A stretch of DNA of 64,000 bases from Mustelus asterias (taxonomy: Eukaryota), in contig NC_135808.1 in the NCBI RefSeq assembly GCF_964213995.1, positions 111,228,001 through 111,292,000 on the forward strand, read 5' to 3'. Positions 21,745 through 64,000 of this stretch are shown piece after piece; position 1 is the stretch's first letter, and the number at the start of each line of letters is the position of its first letter. The translations under genes were made by a program, and so were the position numbers. The notes under the pieces are model-generated. The model was not told where the DNA came from and ran no database searches. It worked only from the letters and a program-made list of their open reading frames with translations.

Positions 21745-22612
21745 CTTTTTATTCATTCGTGGGACATGGGTGTGGCTGACGGCCAGCATTTATTGCCCAT
21801 TTCTAGTTGCCCTTGAGAAGATGGTGGTGAGCTTCCTTCTTGAAATGCAGCAGTCCATGTGCTGTCGCGTGACCCACAATGCCGTAAGGGAGGGAATTCC
21901 AGGATTTTGACCCAGCGACTTCAAAGGAACGGCGATATATTTCCAAGTTAGGACGGTGAATGGCTTGGAGGGGTACTTGCAGGTGGTGGTGTTCCCATGT
22001 ATCTGCTGCCTTTGCCCTTCTAGATGAAAGTGGTCGTGGATTTGGAAGGTGCTGCCTCAGAATCTTTGGTGAATTGCTGCAGTGCATCTTATAGATAGTA
22101 CTCAATGCTGCTACTGAGCATCGGTGGTGGAGAGATTGAATGTTTGTAGATGTGGTGTCAAGCTTCTTGTGTTGTTTGAGCTGTACCCATCCACGCAAGT
22201 GGGGAGTATTCCATCACACTCTTGACTTGTGCCTTGTCAGAACTGGAGTCAATGGAGTAATACTTGGCACAAAGGAAGATGGTTGTAGTAATTGGAGGTC
22301 AATCATCTCAGTTCCAGTCATCACTATAGAAGTTCTTCAGGGTAGTGTCCGAGGCTCAACCAATTTCAGCTGCTTCATCAATGAATTCCTTCCCTGATGT
22401 GGTTATCAGGTCAGAGTGTTGATGTTCGCTGACAATTGCACAATGTTCAGCACCATTCACTGAAGAAGTCCAAACTTCAACGAGACCAGGGCAATATCCA
22501 GGCTCGGGCTGACAAGTAACATTTGAGCCACGCAAGTGCCAGGCAATTGCCATCTCTAATAAGAGAGAATCTATCATCCTTTGACATTCAATGGCATTAC
22601 CATTGCTGAATC
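21745..22612 (-). mobile_element. CR1/L2-group LINE copy with an inverted 5' segment (22237-22612 is on plus)
   Basis: 3' end and C-terminal coding on minus at 21745-22236; RT motif QGSVRGSTNFSCFINEF on plus at 22330-22395. Confidence 0.75.
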
Positions 22613-23034
22613 TTTTTTACTGTTAGTATGATGTCGCAAAACATCTGATTACTTTTTAGCAATAGTTTATAAATTGATTGACTGAACAGGGTAATGTAAT
22701 CACATCACTAATGGAACAGTGATCATGCTGTGGCCTACCTTGTTTTACATGAACAGTAACATAGTAAAGATACACAAGCCATACATTGCTGGATCAAGAA
22801 GAAAAACCTGATACAGAAATAAAGATTTGACACAAGTGAAAGGTTTGCTTTTGCCCAGTATGTATTGTACTTTTACAGGATTTAAAATCGAGGCAATTTA
22901 GTCACACACCATCAGATGAGAGTGAAATGCTAGTTTTTGCATTTTCTAAATCTAGCAAATAACTGCATGAAAGCTATTACTTTTGAATTGGGGAAAAGTC
23001 ATTTTTAACCTTTGTTTTAATTGTACTGACATGT

Positions 23035-23695
23035 ACCATCTCCAACAAGAGAGAATCTAACCATCGCTGAATCCCCCACTATCAACATCCTTGGGGATAC
23101 TATTGGCCGGAAACTGGACTAGCCATATAAACATTGCAGAAGAGCAGATCATAGGCGAGGAATCCTGTGGCGAGTAACTCGCCTCCTGACTCCCCACAGC
23201 CTGTCCATCATCTAAAAGGCACAAGTGTGATGAAATACTCTCCGCTTGCCTGGATGAATGCAGCACAACAACTCCATTCAGGACAAAGCAGCCCACTTGA
23301 TTGGTACTCCCTCCACTACCAATGAATAGTGGCATCAGTGTGTACCATCTACAAATGCACTGCAGGAACTCGCCAAGGCTCTTAAGGCAGCACCTTCCAA
23401 ATCCTTGATCACTACCATCTGGAATGACCAGGACAGCAGCCACATGGGAACACCGCCACATGGGAACACCACCCCCTCCAAGTCATTCACCACCCTGACT
23501 TGGAAATGTATCCCGTTCCTTCACTTGCATGGTCAAAATCCTGGAACTCCCTTCCTAACAGCACTGCGGTTGTACCCACTGTAATTGCAACGGTTCAACA
23601 AAGCAGCTCACCACCACCTTCTCAAGGGAATTTAGAACAAATAAATGCTCACCTAGCCAGTGATGCCCACATCCTGTAAATAAATTTTTAAAAAC
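23035..23695 (+). mobile_element. 5'-truncated CR1/L2-group LINE (same family as 4015-6075)
   Basis: Shared 3' end caataaatgct...gatgcccacatcctg. Confidence 0.75.
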
Positions 23696-25086
23696 TATCA
23701 GAGAACAAATGAATGTGGCAAAAACTTTCCACTGAGGACCTCAAGTTCTGCAGCTAATTATATTGCAGGGGGCGGCATGACCTCCAGAGCACATTTTTCT
23801 GGTTGTAGCCAATTAATAGGCCACTCCTGGGGCTGGTGTTCAATTTTAGGAAGATCGTGCTGCAGTGGTAATGCCCCATGACTAGCAATCTAGAAACCCA
23901 AGCTAATAGAAACATGGAACATAGGAGCAGAAGTACGTCATTCAGCCCTTTGCGCCTGCTCTGCCATTGAATATGATCTTGGCTGATCCTCTAGCTCAAT
24001 GCTATACTCCCACTCTATCCCAATACCCCTTGAGACCTTTGGAGTCTTGAAATGTCTATTTCCTTCTTAAATATATTCAGAGACTTGGGCTCCTCAGCTT
24101 TCTGTGGTAGAGAATTCCTCCCGAAATGGGGAAAATGCTGGCAGATGCAGGAAGTAGTCTTTAATTGAACGCTTAAATGGCTCAATTGGCCACCTACACG
24201 CTGCTGAGCTACCTGCTACTGGCAACGTGCTTTGATGGTGGAAAGACATTGGGCTCCCATCCCAACACTTTACCCAGCCATACTGGCTGCCCTCCTGGCT
24301 GCCATCTCCGAAGGACTGGGTGAATTCAACCCATCGTGTTTTAAGTCAGAAACAAAAGAAATGAAAACTGCATCTCCATAAAAAACAGGAAATCATTTAA
24401 TATTAAACAAAGAAAATATACATTTTGGAGAGGACCATCGTCTTTCAATAACACATATGAACTGTCCATAATTGTACAGAACTATTAAGTGGCTAAAAGA
24501 TGCAAGGTCTTCGAATTAATTGCTTTTTGAGGGTATCACAGGTGACAACAGACAGGAAAGACGATATTACATCTTCAAATTGTCTGAATTTTCAAGCCAG
24601 ATATTTCACAAAAGGGAAACTAGAAATATTGTACTTACACTTTAGTACCACTGATTTCCCCCTGCATATTAGAATGTCTTGTTCAATATATACAAAAAAC
24701 ACTCATTCATGGAACAGATCATAAATCTTCCCTGCATTATATGCTATTCAGTCCTTCTCATTCCACGTTCAACAGAGAAGTCGCAGGAGTATTTTGTATG
24801 AAAATATACAATATCCAAGAGCACTTCGAGTAACAGTGATAAATATTTTAACCACATATACATGGCAGGAGAGTTTCGACATATAAATATTGGCTGAGGT
24901 CAAGGTGGACTGAGGAGCCTGTTGATGCTCATTGATATTCCATAATGAAGTTGAGGGACTTCACTGAAAGCATAGCACCGTCAAGTGTCTATTACAATCA
25001 GATTGCACACATGAAATCCATTTCACTCACTGTCGATAAAGTACAAGTCTTTCTTCACCACAATTTTGCATCAACTGCCGGCCATC

Positions 25087-57200
<32,114 letters not shown>

Positions 57201-57993
57201 TTTCTGAAAGTCAGAGTATCTATTTATTCAATCAGTTTTAAAGTTGCATCAAAATTCCATGATGAAGTTTACTTGAAGAGCTGAACACCTTTGTCTCATC
57301 CAACTTCTAGTCCATAATCACTGAACAGTGGGGCTTCCATTCTCTATTCCATTGCTGAGCAGTTGATTCAATGCTTTAGTGACTCCAATGATCAAGTCTT
57401 AACTTCATTTAGCAATTCTTATCCAGTTTCCATCAATATAGTTTCTCCCTTTGGGCTGAAGTCATTCTTAAAACCTAAACTTTTTTCTGATAAATTTGGG
57501 ATACTTTATACATCAGTGACAAACAATTCCTGTGCCCTTAAAACCCCTTTCAACTTGATGCTGATCTGGTCGATTTTTTCCCCCGCCTCACATTATTCTT
57601 TGCTCATTTTTCTTCATTTATAAAATCATCTGAAAAGCGTCATTCCCTTTCACAATCTGAATTTCTGCTCATTTATATAAATTACCCTTTATTTTTCAAT
57701 AAATACTGTTAATCACGATCTCAGTACATCCGTTAACAAATGTAAACATGATTAGTTCACAATTCAGTAGTTAATCCAGTCTCTGCAATTCTTGACTTGC
57801 CTCATTTTTAAACGTATTTAAGTCAAACAAAGCAGCATTATATTCACAGTCTGGCAAACAAACTGTTCAGAAAGCGTACCTCTGTCCTAATATCTGGATT
57901 GGAATTTGCACCCCATTCATAGATTTGTCCCTGTTACAGTCCTTAGATTGTAGTTAGCTCCATGTGAAAATCCATATGTAAAAGCTCAGATCC

Positions 57994-58383
57994 CGTGCCA
58001 GTCCCTATCTCACTCTCCCTGTGCCAGTCCCTCTCACTCTCTGTGCCAGTCCCTCTCTCTCTCTCTGCACCAGTCCCTATCGCACTCTGTGCCAGTGGCT
58101 ATCTCACTCCCTCTGTGCCAGTCCCTATCTCTCTCTCTCTGTGTGCCACTCCCTATCTCACTCTCACTCTGTGCCAGTCCCTCTCACTCTGTGCCAGTCT
58201 GTCTCTACACCAGTCCCTATCTCACTCTGTGCCAGTGGCTATCTCGCTCTCTCTCTCTCTGTGCCAGTCCCTATCTCTCTCTCTCTCTCTCTGTGCCAGT
58301 CCCTATCTCACTCTCTCTCTCTCTCTGTGCCAGTCCCTATCGCACTCTCTCTGTGCCAGTCCCTATCTCTGTGCCAGTGGCTA
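57994..58383. repeat. Compound minisatellite, unit about CTGTGCCAGTCCCTATCTCACT with variable (CT)n
   Basis: More than a dozen imperfect tandem copies are directly visible; it explains the spurious low-complexity ORFs at 57995-58641. Confidence 0.92.
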
Positions 58384-58439
58384 GCTCAGTCCCTTCGGCC
58401 CTCCCTCCCTCTCCTGGCCCCAATTCTCTCTCTCTTTAA

Positions 58440-58650
58440 TTCAGGTGCTGCCGAGATCGCCCAATGTCTCCAACCCCAATCCCTTCACCGCCTCCCCCCC
58501 GTCAGCCGGCAGATACTCGCGGTATTTCTCTCTATTTATATATTTATTTCGGGTTCTATCTCTTCTCTATTTCTCTTACGGATCAAATCTGCCGCCCAGG
58601 CGGTGCTGCGGCTGCGCAGTGCGGATTACGGGTGCTGCTGAGGCTCAAAA
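58440..58650 (-). promoter_or_regulatory. CpG-rich putative RAD54L promoter and non-coding first exon
   Basis: Local CpG cluster about 1.3 kb upstream of the ATG exon; minus-strand GGCGG-CAGA-TTTGAT followed by a possible donor C|gtaaga at 58579. Confidence 0.5.
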
Positions 58651-59874
58651 AGCTGAACGTCCCTCAGAGAGAGATTGAGATTGCACTTTACCCACTCAGC
58701 TCACTGACTGCTCACAGCTCATTGCCCATTGCCCGCTGCCCATTCCCCACTGCCTGCTCACTGCTCACTGACTGCTCTCACCTCACTGTAGCTGGGAAAA
58801 CATCCTCCAAACTCTCTGCTTTCCCCTCTGATTTTCACTGTGTCTGTAACTGAATTACATTCTGTGAATGTTCTCTGCTCCACTCGGAATCAAAGAAGTT
58901 TCATTAACTTCAGTAATGCCATTATTTAAAAGAGACATTGCCTTCATAAAATTAACATTCTGCCTGGATTTGTGCAACATTTTTGGTTCTAGCTAAAATC
59001 TCTGAATACTGGAGGAATGGAAATGGCTAGAAACATACCTTTGATGGTGAATATCCTTGGAGGACAAATGGGTGATTATTTGCAACTGTATCCTTTTTCA
59101 GAATTGAAAATTGAAGCTGAATAATAAATGAGCGAAAGGTAAAAAGCATCCTCAAAGCACTGCTGACCTAGCATTGTCCAACACCAGCTTGCCTCCTTCA
59201 TCTCTCAGTGCTCCCACTGCTACCTTGATGAGAAGTAGAACTAGATATTGTCATCATATGTACATAAGGATCTTCACTGTCACTTGGTCAAAGTCCTGGA
59301 ATTCCCTTCCTAACAGCACTGAGTGTATAAGAAGACAACTCACCCCCCTCTTCTTGAGGGCAATTCGGGATGGGACTGAAAATCAGACGAGTTTTTACAA
59401 TAGTTTTATAGTTGCCATTAGATTAGTGTTTTAAAAAAGCCAATTTTATTAATTGAGTTTAAATTCCACCAGTTGCCATGATGGGACTTGAAACCATGTC
59501 CCCAGAGCATTAGGCTAAACCTCTGGATTAGTAGTCCAATGACATTACTACTAGGTTACCAGATCCCCCTAATTGTAATGAGGGATACAGGCTTGTTGAT
59601 TATGTTTCCTGAGCATTTTGCCCAAGATGATATACCACTTATAAAACATGCTATATTACTAAACAAGATTCTGGATAAGGGAAGAATGATGTAAAACTAG
59701 CCAAGAACCAGTGACACTGAGGCTAATTATAAGAAGATGGTGTTTTAATGTTATTACACCTTTACAATTCCCAAGCCATAGAAGGTGAACTCGATAGACC
59801 TTGGCTCTTTTATCATCTAGTAATTCCAATGTCCTTACAAATTCTCCCCCTTTCGGTGGCAGGTTGGAACCTCA

Positions 59875-60405
59875 CAAAATTTGACCATCCCTAAATACCC
59901 TTAAGAATGAGGCCATATTGAACCATTGCATTCCGTTTGGTGTAGTGTTGGTTAAGGAAAGAGTTCTAAGATTTAAGCCCAGTGCCAATGAAGGAACAGT
60001 GATATATTTATTTCCAAGTCTAAATGGTATGTGACTGGAGGGGAACCTACAGGCCATGCTACCTTGTACCTATTGCCCTTTTGCTTCTAGGTGGTAAGGG
60101 TAAGGTTCTGTTGAAGAAGTTGCTGCAGTGCATCTGATATTGGAATATACTGCTGCAATGGTATGTAGTTAGTGGAGGAAGTGAATGTCAAAGATGGTGG
60201 ATGTGGTGCCAGTCAAATTTTGTTCAAGTTGTTGTTGAGTCTTTCAAGTGTTCTTGGTGCTGCACTCATCCAGGCAAGTGTAGAGTATCCCATCACACTC
60301 CTGTCCTGTGCCTTACAGATGGTGGACGGAGTTTCAGGAGTGTAGAGGTGAGTTACCCGCTGCAGAATAACCAGGTTCTGACCTGCTCTAAAAGCCACAG
60401 TATCT
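59875..60405 (-). mobile_element. CR1/L2-group LINE fragment
   Basis: STICKAQDRSVMGYSTLAWMSAAPRTLERL and the family 3' end. Confidence 0.7.
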
Positions 60406-61899
60406 GGAGTTGGTGTAGCTTGGATTTTAACAGCTTGTCCTGTAATCTTAAAGATTAATGAATACATCATGCAGAGACGTTGGCATCGAGGTAATGTCAC
60501 TGGCTAGTAATCCAGAGATGTAAGTGGATATTTTAAATTTGTAATGGTTTCAATAGCTGATGTTAGATGCCTACTAAAAGGGGAGTGAAGTTTTACAGCA
60601 CTGTTGCAAACCTTTTGGCCCAACTGCTTCATTGCCATGCTCATGCTCCATTTTTATAGAATATATCTTCCAGGCATGAGCACCTATTGATTCTTAGTGA
60701 TTACTTCTACCAATACTAAACTTACCCTTACAAGGAATGGAATAGGCACCCTGGTTCCTATCTCCATAATGTAAGAACCAGATTGGGACAGGGCTGACAT
60801 CTTGCGCACCCAATGAAAACAGAATACAAGCCACTCAAATAGAAGAAGCTGGCCCTGCGTGTCCCTCATTCCAGGCCTAAACCTTCAAAGATTTTGTGAA
60901 GATTGTCAACTGTTCTGCATTGGTTCTGCGGGGAGTGGGGAGAAGAAGAGATATCTCTGGCACAACCCCAGAGCCATAATTAGCAGCCTAACCAACATGT
61001 CAGTCTCCTCAAATAATCGTATAACATATGCCACTTCTCTTTAAATTGGGCGACCCCACAAATTCTGGCACTCAATGCCACGATTGATAGGTTGTGGGTT
61101 TCAGCTTCTCAAGTTCTCTTCTGTATCTTGTACCTTGACAGTTTTTTTGCTCGCCAGCAGATGGAGCACAAGAGCTGTAAAGTTTCTCAAGATTCATAAA
61201 CTGGTTCAGATGGGACAAATAAATTAAAACTTTAAACAGGGCCAGGAAGAGAAATCGTGGGCCCTGTTGCTTCTCTTTCTGGGTCCCTTGTCACCTCCAA
61301 ACTTAACCCTGCCCCTCAATGAAGCATGATAGTTTTCCCCCTTTCAAGATTTTTAAAATTCATTCATGGGACATGGGCATCACTAGCTGGGCCAGCATTT
61401 ATTGCCCATTGCTGAGGGCATTTAAGAGTCAACCACATTGCTGTGGCTCTGGAGTCACATGTAGGCCAGACCAGGTAAGGGCTGCAGATTTCCTTCCTTA
61501 AAGGACGTTATTGAACCAAATGGGTTTTAATGACAATTGACAATGGTTTCACACTCATCTAATTCCAGATATTTTTAATTGAATTCAAATTTCCCCGTCT
61601 GCCGTGGTGGGAGTTGAACCTCGGTCCCCAGAGCAGTACCCTGGGTCTCTGGAGTACTAGTCCAGCGACAATACCACTATGACAACACCTCCCCAATGAA
61701 GCAATTCACCAATCATAATAACATACTAGTAAAATGATAGCACCCATTGTTGGAATCTGGATATGAATATTGTCCAAAATCTATCCAGCAAAGAACAAAG
61801 AAAATTACAGCATAGGAACAGGCCCTTTGGCCCTCCAAGCCTGCACCGATCATGCTGCCCAAATGGGTTAATGGGTCAATGGGTTAATATTAAGAGTAC

Positions 61900-62518
61900 C
61901 ACTGATATAGTCTATACCATTGTCTATATGGTCTATTTGGATTTCAACAAAGCCTTTGACCAGGTCCCACATGGAAGACTTATAAAGAAGGCAAATGCAC
62001 ATGGGATACAGGAAAATTTGATAAGGTGAATTCAAAATTGGCTTAGTTGTAGGAGATAGAGGTTGATGACAGAAGGCTGCATTATTGACTGGAAGCCAGT
62101 GTCCAGTGGCGTACTACATGGATCTGTGCTGGGTCCCCGATTATTCATCATTTATATAAATGACATAGATGACTATGTGGGAGTAGGATTAGTAAATTTG
62201 TGGATGACACAAAGATTGGCCAGGTGGTTAACAGTAAGTCTGAGTGTCTTGGGCTACAAGAAGATATAGATGGAATAGTCAAATAGGCAGATAAGTGGCA
62301 GGTGGAACTTAACCTTGAAATGTGTGAGGTGATACACTTTGGGAGGGGTAATTTGACAAGGAAATATCCAAGGAATAGCATGACACTAGGAAGTTAAGAG
62401 GAACAAAGGAACCTTGGAGTGTTTGTCCATAGATCTCTAAAGGCAGAAGGGCATGTTAGTAGGGTGGTGCTAAAGGCATATGGGACACTTGCCTTTATCA
62501 ATCGAGGCATAGATTACA
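61900..62518 (+). mobile_element. Decayed CR1-clade LINE ORF2 fragment, interrupted by the Penelope element
   Basis: VYLDFNKAFDQVPHGRLI and WKPVSSGVLHGSVLGPRLFIIYINDID, with frameshifts. Confidence 0.85.
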
Positions 62519-63984
62519 TTGTACAAAGAAACCCCATCTTTTGTCGTGACACTATGGACTTCCTACAGAAACTCAGCACACATGGATCAGTTGAACAATG
62601 AGCACTCCTCGTCATAATGGATGTCTCGGCACTCTACACCAACATCCCCCACAACGATGGCATTGCTGCAACTGCCTCAATACTCAACGCCGACAACTGC
62701 CAATTTCTGGATGCAATTTTACAACTCATTCGCTTCATCCTGGACCATAATGTCTTCACCTTCAACAACCAGTTCTTCATCCAGACACACAGAACAGCCA
62801 TAGGGACCAAATTCGCACCTCAATATGCCAATATCTTCATGCACAGGTTCGAACAAGACCTCTTCACCGCACAGGACCTTCAACTGATGCTATACACTAG
62901 ATACATCGATGACATTTTCTTCCTTTGGACTCATAGTGAACAATCACTGAAACAACTATATGATGACGTCAACAAGTTCCACTCCATCATCAGACTCACC
63001 ATGGACTACTCTCCGGAATCGGTTGCATTCTTGGACACACACATCTCCATCAAGGACGGTCACCTCAGCACTTCACTATACCGCAAGCCCGCGGACAACC
63101 TCACGATGCTCCACTTCTCCAGCTTCCACCCTAAACACGTTAAAGAAGCCATCCCCTACGGACAAGCCCTCCGTATACACAGGACCTGCTCAGATGAGGA
63201 GGATCGCAACACACACCTCCAGACGCTGAAAGATGACCTCATAAGAACAGGATATGGCACTCAACTCATTGATCGACAGTTCCGACGCGCCACAGTGAAA
63301 AACCGCACCGACCTCCTCAGAAGACAAACACGGGACACGGTGGACAGAGTACCCTTCGTCGTCCAGTACTTCCCCAGAGCGGAGAAGCTACGGCATCTTC
63401 TCCGGAACCTTCAACATGTCATCGATGAAGACGAACATCTCGCCAAGGCCATCCCCTCACCCCTACTTCTTGCCTTCAAACAACCGCACAACCTCAAACA
63501 GACAATTGTCCGCAGCAAACTACCCAGCCTTCAGGAGAACAGTGACCATGACACCACACAACACTGCCACAGCAACCTCTGCAAGACATGCCGGATCATT
63601 GACATGAATGCCATCATCTCACGTGAGAACACCATCCACCAGGTACATGGTACCTACTCTTGCAACTCGGCCAACGTTGTGTACCTGATACGCTGCAGGA
63701 AAGGATGTCCCAAGGCATGGTACATTGGGGAGACCATGCAGATGCTACGACAATGGATGAATGAACACCGCTCGACAATCGCCAGGCAAGAGTGTTCTCT
63801 TCCTGTTGGGGAACACTTCAGCGATCACGGGCATTCGGCCTCTGATCTTCGGGTAAGCATTCTCCAAGGCGGCCTTCTCGACACACGACAATGCAGAGTT
63901 GCTGAGCAGAGACTGATAGCCAAGTTCCGCACACATGAGGACGGCCTCAACCGGGATCTTGGGTTCATGTCACACTATCTGTAA
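62519..63984 (+). mobile_element. Penelope-like retroelement, 5'-truncated (reverse transcriptase plus GIY-YIG endonuclease)
   Basis: 455-aa ORF with MDVSALYTNIPH, TAIGTKFAPQYANIFM, YTRYIDDIF, LYRKP and CNSANVVYLIRC...WYIGET; upstream in-frame TGA at 62599-62601. Confidence 0.93.
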
Positions 63985-64000
63985 CCCCCACGACTTGCTT

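Noticed and set aside
57994-58383. Regularly repeated unit resembling a CRISPR array
   Set aside because: There are no unique spacers or cas genes and the context is eukaryotic; it is a simple tandem repeat.
57995-58853. Overlapping 116-206 aa ORFs rich in S, L, C, V and P
   Set aside because: They are translations of a stop-poor minisatellite.

Overview
Vertebrate genomic DNA, almost certainly from an elasmobranch (shark), judging by abundant HE1-type SINEs, CR1/HER1-type LINEs, DeuSINE relics and Penelope elements. I reconstructed three spliced genes by hand from splice sites and reading phase. (1) The 5' four exons of ATPAF1 (minus strand, runs off the window start; intron 2 needs a GC donor). 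(2) Complete LRRC41/MUF1 (plus strand, 10 exons, 2943 nt, 980 aa). (3) Complete RAD54L (minus strand, 18 coding exons, 2226 nt, 741 aa). ATPAF1 and LRRC41 are head-to-head, with start codons 333 bp apart and a YY1 motif facing each way; LRRC41 and RAD54L are tail-to-tail. Most of the remaining sequence is transposon-derived and often nested. The points most worth a second look are: an apparent swap of LRRC41's bidirectional-promoter partner (ATPAF1 here, UQCRH in human); small elements whose inverted arms are decayed hammerhead ribozymes; a 170-bp unit duplicated into two RAD54L introns that carries a 24-nt exon-like cassette; a pseudo-copy of the end of RAD54L exon 7; and a twin-priming-like inversion in a non-L1 LINE. 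Gene and family names come from recalled sequence similarity, not database searches. Repeat boundaries are approximate. I found no unambiguous new protein-coding system.
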